Shown here piece by piece: positions 19,785-29,070 of a DNA stretch of 64,000 nt. The stretch comes from an uncultured Candidatus Rokubacteria bacterium (GTDB lineage Bacteria > Methylomirabilota > Methylomirabilia > Rokubacteriales > CSP1-6). The stretch spans positions 288,001-352,000 of the forward strand of contig CAVXJS010000007.1 in NCBI GenBank assembly GCA_963762145.1. Reading direction: 5' to 3'. Below the pieces are notes generated by a model, which was not told where the DNA came from, made no database searches, and was given only the letters and a program-made list of their open reading frames with translations. Within the stretch, counting starts at the first letter, position 1. Every line of letters begins with the position of its first letter. The position numbers were made by a program, and so were the translations under genes.

Positions 19785-19932
19785 TTCTTCGGGGCGAGGA
19801 AAGGGACGCTGCGAAAGTGGTTTACGAGACACTCCTCGCCGGGATGGCCGGAGGCGGGTGACGACTAGCGGAATACAGTGTACCCATTTCGGACGGTCCG
19901 ACCGACCCCCGCAGGATCTGCGTCGGGAGAAG

Positions 19933-20721
19933 CTACCGCGCGAGCCACTCCCGGAGCGGCTTGACGATCGCGCCGGCCTTGACCAGGCCCTCGCGCACCG
20001 CGGCGACGATCTTGTCCGAACCCGGACTGTCGCCGTGGATGCAGATGGTCTCGACCCGAGCGTCGATCACCTTCCCGGTGATCGTGCGCACCTTGCCCTC
20101 CATGGCCATCCGGACGGCCTGATCGGCGGCCCGGGCCGGATCCGTGATCAGCGCATCCTTGCCGAGCTTGCGGGTCACGAGCTGGCCGTCGTCGGCGTAG
20201 ACCCGGTCCGCAAAGCCCTCGGCCGCGATCCGGACGCCCTTCACCTTGCGGGCCTCCGCGTCGTACCGCGTCATGGCCATGGTCATCAGGATGAGCTCGG
20301 GGTCGAGCTCCAGCAGCTGCTCGGCGGTGGCCCGCCCGAGCGGGAGGTTCTCCTCGAACATGTGGTACTGGATGCCGTGCGGCTTGACGTGCTGGACCCG
20401 GGTGCCCGCGGCCTGGGCGAAGGCGGCCAGGGCGCCGATCTGGTAGCGGTGGATGTCCTTCAGCTCGGCGGGAGAGATGTCCATGCGGCGGCGCCCGAAG
20501 CCCATGAGATCCGGCAGCCCCGGGTGCGCTCCCACCGCCACGCCGTGCTGGATGGCCAGCTCCACGGTGCGGCGCATCACGTGCGGGTCGCCGCCGTGGA
20601 AGCCGCACGCGATGTTGGCGGAGGTGATGTTGGGCATCACCTCCTCGTCGTGCCCGAGGGTCCAGCGGCCGTAGCTCTCTCCCATGTCGCAGTTGATGTC
20701 GATGTGGACGGGCTGGCTCAT
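19933..20721 (-). CDS. pxpA: 5-oxoprolinase subunit A / LamB-YcsF family
   Basis: DINCDMGESYG, SANIACGFHGGDP, GAHPGLPDLMGFGRR, HVKPHG, EGFADRVY, TICIHGD. Confidence 0.9.
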   Translation of the reverse strand: MSQPVHIDINCDMGESYGRWTLGHDEEVMPNITSANIACGFHGGDPHVMRRTVELAIQHGVAVGAHPGLPDLMGFGRRRMDISPAELKDIHRYQIGALAAFAQAAGTRVQHVKPHGIQYHMFEENLPLGRATAEQLLELDPELILMTMAMTRYDAEARKVKGVRIAAEGFADRVYADDGQLVTRKLGKDALITDPARAADQAVRMAMEGKVRTITGKVIDARVETICIHGDSPGSDKIVAAVREGLVKAGAIVKPLREWLAR

Positions 20722-21653
20722 AGCTTGGGCAAGACCTCCTTGGCGATACGCTCGACCTGCTCGGGCTGATAGCGGTACGGGATCAGGATAATCCGGTCCA
20801 CGCCGGTTTTCACGTGGGCGCGGAGCTGCTCGACGCACTCGGCCACCGAGCCGTGGATCGCGTGATCGATGGTGGACTCGCTCCAGGCCGCGGTGTCCCA
20901 CTCGGTGGAGAGCCACTGGCGCATGTCCGCGGTGGTCTCGGCCCGGGAGCGCCCCACGTAGACCGCGAGCTGGTTGGTGGCGGTGAGCGGGGCGGGATCG
21001 CGGCCGGCCTCGCGCGCGTAGGCCTTCACCTTCTCCCACGACTTGGTGAAGCTCTCCGGGGTGTAGAAGTAGGTCAGCCAGCCGTCGCCGACCGTCCCGG
21101 CCCGCTTGAGCACCGCGTCCACGTAGCCGCCGATCAGCACGGGGGGCCGGGGCCGCTGCACGGTGCGCGGCACCATGACCGCTTCGCGCAGGTTGAATTC
21201 GTCCACCTTCAGGGTCACGCGGTCCTGGGTCCAGAGGCGCATCAGGATGTCGAGGTTGCGCTCGAACTGCCGGCCGCGCTGCTTGAAGGGCACGCCGACC
21301 GCGTCGAACTCGCGCGCGTACCAGCCCGCGGCCACGCCCAGGACCAGGCGCCCGCCCGAGATCACGTCGAGGCTGCCGAGGGCCTTGGCCGCAACGACCG
21401 GGTTGCGCAGCGGCAGCACCAGCACGCCGGTGCCGAGCTTGATCGTGCGCGTTCGCGCCGCGACCGCGCCCAGCATCGTGATGGAGTCCACGATCGGGAA
21501 CGAGGGCTCCACGCCCAGCAGCACGTGATCCCACGCCCACAGCGACTCGAAGCCGAGCTGCTCCGCCCGCTCGGCGTAGGCGTACACGCCCTGGATGTCC
21601 GGCACCTCGCCGGGCCCCACGAAGTTGCGGATAGCGAGACCGAAGTCGGTCAT
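20718..21653 (-). CDS. LLM-class flavin/F420-dependent oxidoreductase
   Basis: AEQLGFESLWAWDH, KLGTGVLVLPLRNP, GRLVLGVAAGW. Confidence 0.9.
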   Translation of the reverse strand: MTDFGLAIRNFVGPGEVPDIQGVYAYAERAEQLGFESLWAWDHVLLGVEPSFPIVDSITMLGAVAARTRTIKLGTGVLVLPLRNPVVAAKALGSLDVISGGRLVLGVAAGWYAREFDAVGVPFKQRGRQFERNLDILMRLWTQDRVTLKVDEFNLREAVMVPRTVQRPRPPVLIGGYVDAVLKRAGTVGDGWLTYFYTPESFTKSWEKVKAYAREAGRDPAPLTATNQLAVYVGRSRAETTADMRQWLSTEWDTAAWSESTIDHAIHGSVAECVEQLRAHVKTGVDRIILIPYRYQPEQVERIAKEVLPKL

Positions 21654-21660
21654 GGGGCCT

Positions 21661-22422
21661 CTAGCCGATGAACTGGCGCTTGGGGTCGAGCATGCGCAGG
21701 ATCGACAGCTCCTCGTCGGTCGGCGGCTTTGTCGTCGTGAGCGTCGGGCTGACGAGGACGTCGAAGCCGGTGTTCTCGCGGACCTGCTCCACGGTTGCGC
21801 CCGGGTGCAGGGCCAGGAGCTGCATGCGGCGGCTGTCCGGGTGGAACCCGAAGATGCCGAGGGTGGTGACGACCCGCGAGACGCCCCCGAAGAGGAGCCC
21901 GGCGCCGCGCCGCGTCTCGCCGCCCGCGAGATAGCCGGGGCTCGTGACGAAGTCCACGCGCTCGGTGAAGCGCCGCTTCTCGTGGACGGTGAGGATCATC
22001 ACCTCGCGGCAGAGCGAGATGATGTCGTTGGCCCCGCCGCTGCCCGGCAGCCGCACCTTCGGGCGGGCGTAGCCGCCGATCGCGCTGGTGTTGAGGTTGC
22101 CGTGCCGGTCGATCTGGGCGCCGCCGATGAAGCCCACGTCGAAGAAGCCGCGCTGGGCGAGCAGGAACGCGTCGGTGATGCCGGGCAGCATCTGGGCCCG
22201 GTAGGCGGCGCGCATCTCGTTGGTGGAGATCGGCAGCTCGCCCGGCTTCCAGGTGGGCCCGATCACGCCGCCCTCGACCATCATGGTGAGTCGCGGGGCG
22301 TGGGTGCGCTGGGCCAGCACCGAGGCCATCATCGGCGCGCCGACGCCGGTGAACACGGTGGTGTCGTTGCGGAGCTCGCGGGCGCCCATCACCGCGAGCA
22401 GCTCGTTCGCGGAGACGGTCAT
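21661..22422 (-). CDS. Family I CoA-transferase beta subunit (GctB/CatJ-like)
   Basis: GFIGGAQIDRHGNLNT, RLPGSGGANDI, VDFVTSPG. Confidence 0.88.
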   Translation of the reverse strand: MTVSANELLAVMGARELRNDTTVFTGVGAPMMASVLAQRTHAPRLTMMVEGGVIGPTWKPGELPISTNEMRAAYRAQMLPGITDAFLLAQRGFFDVGFIGGAQIDRHGNLNTSAIGGYARPKVRLPGSGGANDIISLCREVMILTVHEKRRFTERVDFVTSPGYLAGGETRRGAGLLFGGVSRVVTTLGIFGFHPDSRRMQLLALHPGATVEQVRENTGFDVLVSPTLTTTKPPTDEELSILRMLDPKRQFIG

Positions 22423-23382
22423 GTCGTCAGCATCCGGGCCGCGCGCGGCGGCGTCCGCCCGGCGCGCCTCGCCGAAGAGACCCAGGTAGTCCGCGTGGCT
22501 CGCGGGGGCGTAGACGTAGCGCTCCAGGTAGTCGGCCACCCCGGCGGCGCCGCCCGCGAGGATGCCGTCCACGTAGGTCGTGAAGTGGTCGGGCTCGGCG
22601 TCGTAGACGCCGTAGCACTCGTGCGGGTAGGAGCCGTACGGGACGTGGGCGAGCGCGTCCACCAGGAAGCCGGGCAGCACCGTGCGGTCCGGGTGAAGAC
22701 GGATCTCGTCCTCGGAGACGATCTCCTCCGCGGTCACCAGCACGGTGGCGGCGGCGCGGGCGATGTCGGCGTCCATGTGCGGATAGCCGTCGATCTGGCA
22801 GTTGCCGAGGCGATCGGCCTTCTGCACGTGGATCAGCGCGACGTCGGGGAAGAGGGCGGGCACCGCGTGGAGGGTCCGGCCGGTGTAGGGGCACTCCACC
22901 GTCTTCGATCCGCCCACCCCCATCAGGTCCGAGCCCAGCATGGTGAGCGAGGGCAGAAAGGGCACGCCCATGGCCGCGGCGCGATAGCGCAGCCCCAGCC
23001 CGAGATGGCTCCACTCCTCGAACTCCACGCGCCCGGCCTCGACGAATTCGCGCTGGATGCGCGAGAGGCCCCACGGCAGGCCGATGCCCATCCAGGACGT
23101 CACGACCTTGTCGACCGCGCCCGAGACCATACCCCACTCGCCCTCGTAGCACATGAGGTTGCGCGAGAAGGTGAGGTGCTTCGGCCGGCGGCGGAGGAGC
23201 GCCCACACCAGGGCCAGCGGCGTGCGCGAGTAGAGGCAGCCGCCGATGGCCAGGTGATCGCCGTCCTTCACGCGGGCGACCGCGTCTTCCAGGGCGCCGA
23301 GCTTGGGCCCGGCGGACTTGGGCTTGGCCTCGAGACGCTCGCGCGCGGCCACGAAATCGTACTCGCGCGGGGCGATGGTCAC
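22419..23382 (-). CDS. Family I CoA-transferase alpha subunit (GctA/CatI-like); reads in frame into the beta subunit, probably through a 1-bp indel at ~22440
   Basis: VKDGDHLAIGG, RYRAAAMGVPFLP, GSDL, ECPYTG, PDVALIHVQKADRLGN, YGSYPHEC; an alternative frame ends ARMLTT* with an ATGA overlap on the beta start. Confidence 0.82.
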
Positions 23383-24437
23383 GCGAGCACTTCCCAGGTC
23401 TTCTGGTAGCGGTCGAGCTGCTCGACGGTGTAGGGATCCAGCGGGTGCTCCCGCTCCGGGATGTCCACGTGCTTGGCCTCCCCGCAGAGCGGGGTCGTGA
23501 AGTAGCGCTGCCCGGTGTCGTTGAGGATCGTCACCACCGACGGCAGCTCGGGGTGCCGGCGGGCGAGCTTGAGCGCGGCGGCCACGTTGCAGCCGCTCGA
23601 GATGCCGCAGAAGAGACCTTCCTCGCGCGCCAGCCGCCGGGCGATGTCCACGCTCTCCTCGGTGGTGGTGGTGATCACCCCGGTGAGCAGCGAGACGTCC
23701 AGGTTGCGGGGCACGAAGCCGTCGCCGATCCCCTCGATGCCGTGGTGGCCCCACGCCCGCCGCGAGAGCAGCGCGCACTCGGCGGGCTCGACCGCGTAGA
23801 GCTTCACCTGCGGGTCGCGGCTCCGGAGATAGCGCCCGACTCCGGTGAGCAGCCCGCCCGAGCCCTGCGAGTCCACGAAGGCCCCGATGCGGCCGCCCGA
23901 CTGCTCCCAGAGCTCGGGGCCGGTGGTGAGGATGTGGGCCTCGACGTTGTCCGGGTTGTCGAACTGCCCCGGCACCCAGTAGCGCCCGGGCGCCGCGTCG
24001 CGGATCTGCCGGAGCCGATCCAGCGAGAGATCCACGTCGCTCTCGCCGCCCGGGGTGAAGACCAGCTCGGCGCCGTAGGCGCGCATGATCTTCTTGCGCT
24101 CGTCGCTCATGCCCTCCGGCATGACGATGGTGCAGGGGTAGCCCTTGACCGCCGAGACCCAGGCGCAGGCGATGCCGGCGTTGCCGGTCGAGCACTCGAG
24201 CACCTGCATGCCCGGCTTGAGATCGCCACGCGCCTCCGCCCGCTCGAACATGTGCAGGTAGATCCGATCCTTGAGGCTGCCGGTCGCCCCGTACCACTCG
24301 ACCTTCACGTAGATCGCGGGCTTCACGTCGCGGGTGATGCGGTTCAGGCGCACCAGCGGGGTGCGTCCCACCGCGGCGGCGATGGTCGGCAGCGCCGCCG
24401 CATAGCGGTCCCACGGGGTCCCGGCCGGGGCGCTCAT
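23379..24437 (-). CDS. Cysteine-synthase-family PLP-dependent enzyme (divergent)
   Basis: VGRTPLVRL, GSLKDR (PLP Lys), STGNAG, QFDNPDN, HGIEGIGDGFVP, EEGLFCGISSG, DTGQRY. Confidence 0.88.
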   Translation of the reverse strand: MSAPAGTPWDRYAAALPTIAAAVGRTPLVRLNRITRDVKPAIYVKVEWYGATGSLKDRIYLHMFERAEARGDLKPGMQVLECSTGNAGIACAWVSAVKGYPCTIVMPEGMSDERKKIMRAYGAELVFTPGGESDVDLSLDRLRQIRDAAPGRYWVPGQFDNPDNVEAHILTTGPELWEQSGGRIGAFVDSQGSGGLLTGVGRYLRSRDPQVKLYAVEPAECALLSRRAWGHHGIEGIGDGFVPRNLDVSLLTGVITTTTEESVDIARRLAREEGLFCGISSGCNVAAALKLARRHPELPSVVTILNDTGQRYFTTPLCGEAKHVDIPEREHPLDPYTVEQLDRYQKTWEVLA

Positions 24438-25147
24438 GAGGGGAGCCGCGCTTCCGCGGGCCGCCGGCGCGTGAACTCGAGGGCGTCCTGCCGCACGTGC
24501 TCGGCGTGAGCCCGGGCCAGGCGCTCGCCGCGCTCGGCGTCGCCGGCCAGGATCGCCTCGAAGATCTCGCGGTGCTCGGCCACGCTCGACTCGACCCGCT
24601 CGGGCAGGTAGAGCGACCGCAGGCGCAGCACCAGGATCTGGGCGTAGACGTTCTCGAGGAGCCGGCTCAGCACCGGGTTCCTGGCCGCGATCAGCACCCG
24701 GTCGTGGAAGTCGATGGCCGCGCGCGAGTAGTGCTCGATCTCGCCCGCGCCCGCCGCCCGCTCCATCTCCTTCGCCGCCGCCTCGAGCGGACCGCGCGTG
24801 TCGTCGTCGAGGTTCTGCGCGGCCTGGCGGACCGCGAGGGCCTCGAGCGCGCCGCGTACCGCGAAGAGGTCGCGGATCTGGTCGGCGCCGTAGTTCAGCA
24901 CGAAGACCCCGTGGCGGGGCACCGTGTTGACCAGACCCTCGCTCTCGAGCCGTCGCATCGTGTCCCAGACCGGGGTGCGGCTCACGCCCAGATCGCGGCA
25001 GATCTGCTCGACGTTCAGCTTGGAGCCGGGCGGGAAGACCTGGCTCAGGATCAGGTCGCGAACCGTCCGGTACACGCGCTCGCCGAGGCTCTCGTGCAGC
25101 AAGGGCGCGATGGGCGCGCGGGGTGCGGTGGATCTCGCGGGTGGCAT
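24434..25147 (-). CDS. GntR/FadR-family transcriptional regulator (FCD domain)
   Basis: LGVSRTPVWDTMRRLESEGLV wHTH; FCD motifs FH...NPVL...EHREI. Confidence 0.93.
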   Translation of the reverse strand: MPPARSTAPRAPIAPLLHESLGERVYRTVRDLILSQVFPPGSKLNVEQICRDLGVSRTPVWDTMRRLESEGLVNTVPRHGVFVLNYGADQIRDLFAVRGALEALAVRQAAQNLDDDTRGPLEAAAKEMERAAGAGEIEHYSRAAIDFHDRVLIAARNPVLSRLLENVYAQILVLRLRSLYLPERVESSVAEHREIFEAILAGDAERGERLARAHAEHVRQDALEFTRRRPAEARLPS

Positions 25148-25155
25148 GGTGCCGT

Positions 25156-25215
25156 ATTCTTGGGGCGGCTCCGCGCGTTGTCAATCAGGTCTTTCATTTG
25201 ACACGAGACATGAAA
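25156..25215. promoter_or_regulatory. Divergent promoter region gntR / ABC operon with inverted-repeat operator
   Basis: Minus-strand TTGACA(25184-25179)-N17-AAGAAT(25161-25156); plus-strand TTGACA at 25198; IR TTTCAT-N12-ATGAAA at 25192-25215. Confidence 0.6.
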
Positions 25216-25296
25216 CGTAGGATAAGTACGCGATTCCAGGATTTCCGCAGCGTGGCGGACGAACCTAACCAGGCAAGGGTCACAGGAGGTCGGTCC

Positions 25297-26466
25297 ATGA
25301 AGCAGGCAATCCGAGCCCTTTTCGTCGCGCTGACCGTCGTCGTCGCGCTCGCGCCGCCGGCGCCCGCCCAGGAAGCCGTGAAGGTCGGCGTCATCCAGCC
25401 CCTGTCGGGCTCGGTGGCCGCGTCCGGGAACTACGTCCGGATGGGCGCCGAGATCGGGCGGGACTGGATCAATGGAAAAGGCGGCGTCCTCGGACGCAAA
25501 ATCGAGCTGCTGATCGAGGACAACAAGTCCGATCCCAAGGAGGCCGCCACCGCGGCCGAGAAGCTGATCGTCCGGGACAAGGTGCCGGTGATCGTGGGGG
25601 CGTGGGGCAGCTCGATGACGCTCGCGGCGATGCCGAAGCTCGAGGAGTACGGCGTGCCGATGATCGTGGAGACCTCGAGCGCCGCCACCATCACCAAGCG
25701 CGGCAACCCGTGGATCTTCCGCATCAGCCCTCCCAGCGAGATGGAAGCCCTCGGCCTCGAGAAGTACATGAAGGATCTGGGCATCAAGCAGGCCGACTTC
25801 CTCGCGGTGAACACGGACTGGGGACGGGGCGCGGTCGGGGCCTTCGGCGACCTGCTCAAGCGCTCGGGCGCGCAGGTGGGGACCGCCGAGTTCATGGAGC
25901 AGGCCGCGACGGACATGAACGCGCAGATCACCAAGGTGAAGGCGGGCGGCGCCGACACGCTCTTCCTCACCACGAGCGTCGAGCAGATCACGCTGGTCCT
26001 GAAGCAGGCGCAGGAGCAGCGGCTGGTCCGAAAAGTCATCACCACCGGCGGAAGCTCGTCGCCGTCGCAGCTCATCAAGCAGGCGGGGCCGGCCGCGGAG
26101 GGGACGTACCACATCCTGTTCTTCCTGCCATGGTTCCCGGAGGCCATGCCCGACGGCAAGCTGGCCAAGGCCTTCGTGGACGAGTGGGCCAAGCGGGGTC
26201 ATCCCTTCGAGGGGCTGACCGAGGGCTTCCGTGGCCACGACGGCGTGCTCACCGCGGTGGAGGGCATCCGGCTGGCCGGCAAGGCGGACCCGAAGGCGGT
26301 GCAGGCCGCGCTCTGGCAGGTCAACACGATGGGCCTCAACGGCCCCATCAAGTTCGAGAAGGACGGCCCGGCGGGCAAGGAGAGCGGGCAGAGCAAGCCC
26401 AGCATCTTCATCGTCCAGGTGAAGGACGGCAAGATCGCCCTGCCCGCGTTCTCGGCCAAGAAGTAG
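25297..26466 (+). CDS. Branched-chain-amino-acid-type ABC transporter substrate-binding protein
   Basis: Signal peptide; KVGVIQPLSG, GGVLGRKIELLIEDNKSDP; AGGAGG SD. Confidence 0.92.
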   Translation: MKQAIRALFVALTVVVALAPPAPAQEAVKVGVIQPLSGSVAASGNYVRMGAEIGRDWINGKGGVLGRKIELLIEDNKSDPKEAATAAEKLIVRDKVPVIVGAWGSSMTLAAMPKLEEYGVPMIVETSSAATITKRGNPWIFRISPPSEMEALGLEKYMKDLGIKQADFLAVNTDWGRGAVGAFGDLLKRSGAQVGTAEFMEQAATDMNAQITKVKAGGADTLFLTTSVEQITLVLKQAQEQRLVRKVITTGGSSSPSQLIKQAGPAAEGTYHILFFLPWFPEAMPDGKLAKAFVDEWAKRGHPFEGLTEGFRGHDGVLTAVEGIRLAGKADPKAVQAALWQVNTMGLNGPIKFEKDGPAGKESGQSKPSIFIVQVKDGKIALPAFSAKK

Positions 26467-26488
26467 CGCGACCGGCGATCGCGGGCGC

Positions 26489-27361
26489 TTGGACCAGCTT
26501 CTCCAGCACCTGCTGAACGGGCTGCTGCTGGGCGCCACCTACAGCCTGCTCGGGATCGGCCTCACGCTGGTCTTCGGGCTGATGAACGTGGTGAACTTCG
26601 CCCACGGCGAGTTCTACACGCTCGGGGCCTACGCCGCGTTCGCCGCGCTCGCGCTCGCCTCGGTGAACTTCTTCCTCGCGATCCCGCTCGCCATCGTGGC
26701 GGGCGCGGTGGCCGGCGCGGTCTGCGAGCGAGTGTTGCTACGGCCGCTGCGCGGGCAGTCCATCGACACGGTCATGCTCGTCATGATCGGCCTCTGGATC
26801 GCGATGCAGAACGCGGAGCTGCTCGGCTGGGGCGGGGTGGCGAAGAGCGTGCCCACGCCCTTTCCGAGCCATCCGGTGGTGCTGGGCGCGGTGTCGGTCG
26901 CGCCGCTCCGCATCTTCGTGTTCGTGGTCTCGGGCCTCCTGATCCTGGGCGCCCATCTCCTGCTGAGCCGCACCAAGCTCGGGCGCGCCATGCGGGCCAC
27001 CTTCCAGGACCGGGAGACCGCCGCCCTCATGGGGGTGAGCATCGAGCGCATCCACACCGTGACCTTCGCGTTCGGGGCCGGCCTGGCCGCGGCGGCGGGC
27101 GCGCTGCTGGGGCCGGTGTTCCTGCTCTACCCGTCCATGGGCGACCTGGCCTCGCTCAAGGCGTTCTCGGTGGTGATCCTGGGCGGCCTGGGGAACTTCG
27201 GCGGGGCCGCGCTGGGCGGGCTCGTGCTCGGCATCGCCGAGGAGCTGGGGGCGGGCTACATCTCCTCCGGCTACCGCGACGCGGTCGGCTTCCTGATGAT
27301 CGTCGCGGTCCTGCTGCTGCGACCCTCGGGTCTGTTCGCCCGCGCCGAGCGCGTGGGATGA
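26489..27361 (+). CDS. livH: BCAA-type ABC permease (LivH-like)
   Basis: IGLTLVFGLMNVVNFAHGEF, LGRAMRA, VVILGGLG. Confidence 0.88.
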   Translation: MDQLLQHLLNGLLLGATYSLLGIGLTLVFGLMNVVNFAHGEFYTLGAYAAFAALALASVNFFLAIPLAIVAGAVAGAVCERVLLRPLRGQSIDTVMLVMIGLWIAMQNAELLGWGGVAKSVPTPFPSHPVVLGAVSVAPLRIFVFVVSGLLILGAHLLLSRTKLGRAMRATFQDRETAALMGVSIERIHTVTFAFGAGLAAAAGALLGPVFLLYPSMGDLASLKAFSVVILGGLGNFGGAALGGLVLGIAEELGAGYISSGYRDAVGFLMIVAVLLLRPSGLFARAERVG

Positions 27362-29070
27362 GACGTCCCGCGCTCGGCATCGGTCTGGTCGTCGTCCTGA
27401 CCGCGCCCGCCTGGGTGTGGAACCCGTATCACCTCCACACGCTGATCATGGCCGGCATCTTCGCGGTGCTCGCGCTGAGCCTGAACCTCCTGCTGGGATA
27501 CACCGGGCAGCTCTCGCTCGGCCACGCCGCCTTCTTCGGGATCGGCGCCTACGCCTCGGCCCTGCTGACCGTGAAGCTCGAGTGGTCGCCCTGGCTCGGC
27601 CTCCTGGCCGCCATCGCGCTGCCCGGCGTGGCGGGCTACGTCATCGGCCGGCTCGCGCTCAAGCTGCGCGGCGCCTACTTCGTGCTGCTGACCATCTCCT
27701 TCGCGGGCTGCGTCTCGCTGGTGAGCGTGAACTGGATGGACCTGACCAACGGGCCGCTCGGCATCCCGGGCGTGCCGCCGGTGGAGATCGCGCTGCCCGG
27801 GCTCCCCGCGTGGTCCCTGCGCACCAAGAGCGCGTACTACTACCTGGTGCTGGCCGCGGTCGTGGCGGCCTATCTGCTCTGCCTGGCCCTCATCCGGTCG
27901 CGGGTGGGCCGCGCGCTGGTGGCGCTGCGGGAGAACGAAACGCTCGCGGCTTCGGTGGGGATCGACGCGACCCACTATCTGGTCCTGGCCGCGGTGGCGA
28001 GCGCCGCGATGGCCGGCTTCGCGGGCGGCCTCTACGCGCACTACACGCGCTTCGTCAGCCCGGAGGTCTTCCTGTTCACCTACACGGTCACGATGGTGAT
28101 CATGGTGGTGGCCGGCGGCAAGGGCACGCTGGCCGGGCCGGTGGTCGGCGCGGTGCTGTTCACGGTGCTGCCGGAGGCGCTGCGGGAGCTGACCTCCTAT
28201 CAGTGGCAGATGCTGCTCTACGGCGTCCTGCTCGTCGCGGTGCTGTTCTTCATGCCGGAGGGAATTGTTCCCGCCCTGCGGCGCGCGATGGACGGCGTCG
28301 TGACGCTCGAGGCCCGGGATCTCACCGTGCGGTTCGGCGGCGTGACCGCGCTCGGCGGCGTGAGCTTCGCGGTGGCCCCCGGGACGGTGACGAGCCTCAT
28401 CGGCCCCAACGGCGCGGGCAAGACCACCGCGTTCAACGTGATCACCGGGTTTCAGCGCCCGACCCAGGGCACGGTGCATCACGACGGCCAGGCCATCACC
28501 GGCTGGCGGCCCCATCGCATCGCGGCGCGGGGCCTCGTGCGGACCTTCCAGAAGACGAGCCTCTTCCCCGGGCTGACCGTGCGGGAGAACGTGCTCACCG
28601 GGCTGCACCTGCGCGGACGCGTGGGGGTGACGGCGGCGCTGCTGGCTCGCGGGCGCGTGCGGGCCGAGGAGCGGCAGCTCGGCGCGGAGGCCGACCAGGT
28701 GATGGACTTCGTCGGGCTGGGGGCGCGCCGTGAGGAGTCGGCCGGCGCGCTCTCCTACGGCGAGCAGCGCCTGCTGGAGCTGGCGGTGGGTCTGGCCGCG
28801 CGCCCCCGCCTGCTGCTCCTCGACGAGCCGGCATCCGGCATGACCGCCTCCGAGAAGCGGGCGGTGGCCGCGCTGATCGGCCGCATCCGCGACGAGGGCA
28901 TCACGGTGTTCCTGGTCGAGCACGACATGCGCCTGGTCATGGGCATCTCGGATCGAGTGCTCGTGCTCAACTACGGCCGGCTCATCGCCGACGGTGACCC
29001 GGCCGCCGTGCAGCGCGATCCCGAGGTGATCCGCGCGTACCTGGGGGCGGGAGCCCATGCTGACGCTTGA
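27358..29070 (+). CDS. BCAA-type ABC permease (LivM) read in frame with ATP-binding domain (LivG)
   Basis: LLLGYTGQLSLGHAAFFGIGAY, then GPNGAGKTT, RTFQ, LSYGEQR, LLLDEP; the fusion may be real or an indel artefact (GTGA at ~28300). Confidence 0.85.
   Translation: MRRPALGIGLVVVLTAPAWVWNPYHLHTLIMAGIFAVLALSLNLLLGYTGQLSLGHAAFFGIGAYASALLTVKLEWSPWLGLLAAIALPGVAGYVIGRLALKLRGAYFVLLTISFAGCVSLVSVNWMDLTNGPLGIPGVPPVEIALPGLPAWSLRTKSAYYYLVLAAVVAAYLLCLALIRSRVGRALVALRENETLAASVGIDATHYLVLAAVASAAMAGFAGGLYAHYTRFVSPEVFLFTYTVTMVIMVVAGGKGTLAGPVVGAVLFTVLPEALRELTSYQWQMLLYGVLLVAVLFFMPEGIVPALRRAMDGVVTLEARDLTVRFGGVTALGGVSFAVAPGTVTSLIGPNGAGKTTAFNVITGFQRPTQGTVHHDGQAITGWRPHRIAARGLVRTFQKTSLFPGLTVRENVLTGLHLRGRVGVTAALLARGRVRAEERQLGAEADQVMDFVGLGARREESAGALSYGEQRLLELAVGLAARPRLLLLDEPASGMTASEKRAVAALIGRIRDEGITVFLVEHDMRLVMGISDRVLVLNYGRLIADGDPAAVQRDPEVIRAYLGAGAHADA

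Noticed and set aside
19503-19860. Known riboswitch or 6S RNA in the long intergenic region
   Set aside because: I could not find the conserved cores of c-di-GMP, c-di-AMP, cobalamin, TPP, FMN, glycine or 6S RNAs at the correct spacing. An Rfam scan would be decisive.
21661-23382. Novel fused alpha-beta CoA-transferase (part of the 917-aa ORF)
   Set aside because: An alternative frame ends ARMLTT* with an ATGA overlap exactly on the beta-subunit start, so the fusion is probably an indel artefact. The ORF's first ~340 aa are a shadow frame of the cysteine-synthase gene.
27358-29070. LivM-LivG fusion as a novelty
   Set aside because: Such fusions are already known, and the GTGA at the junction suggests this one may be an indel artefact.
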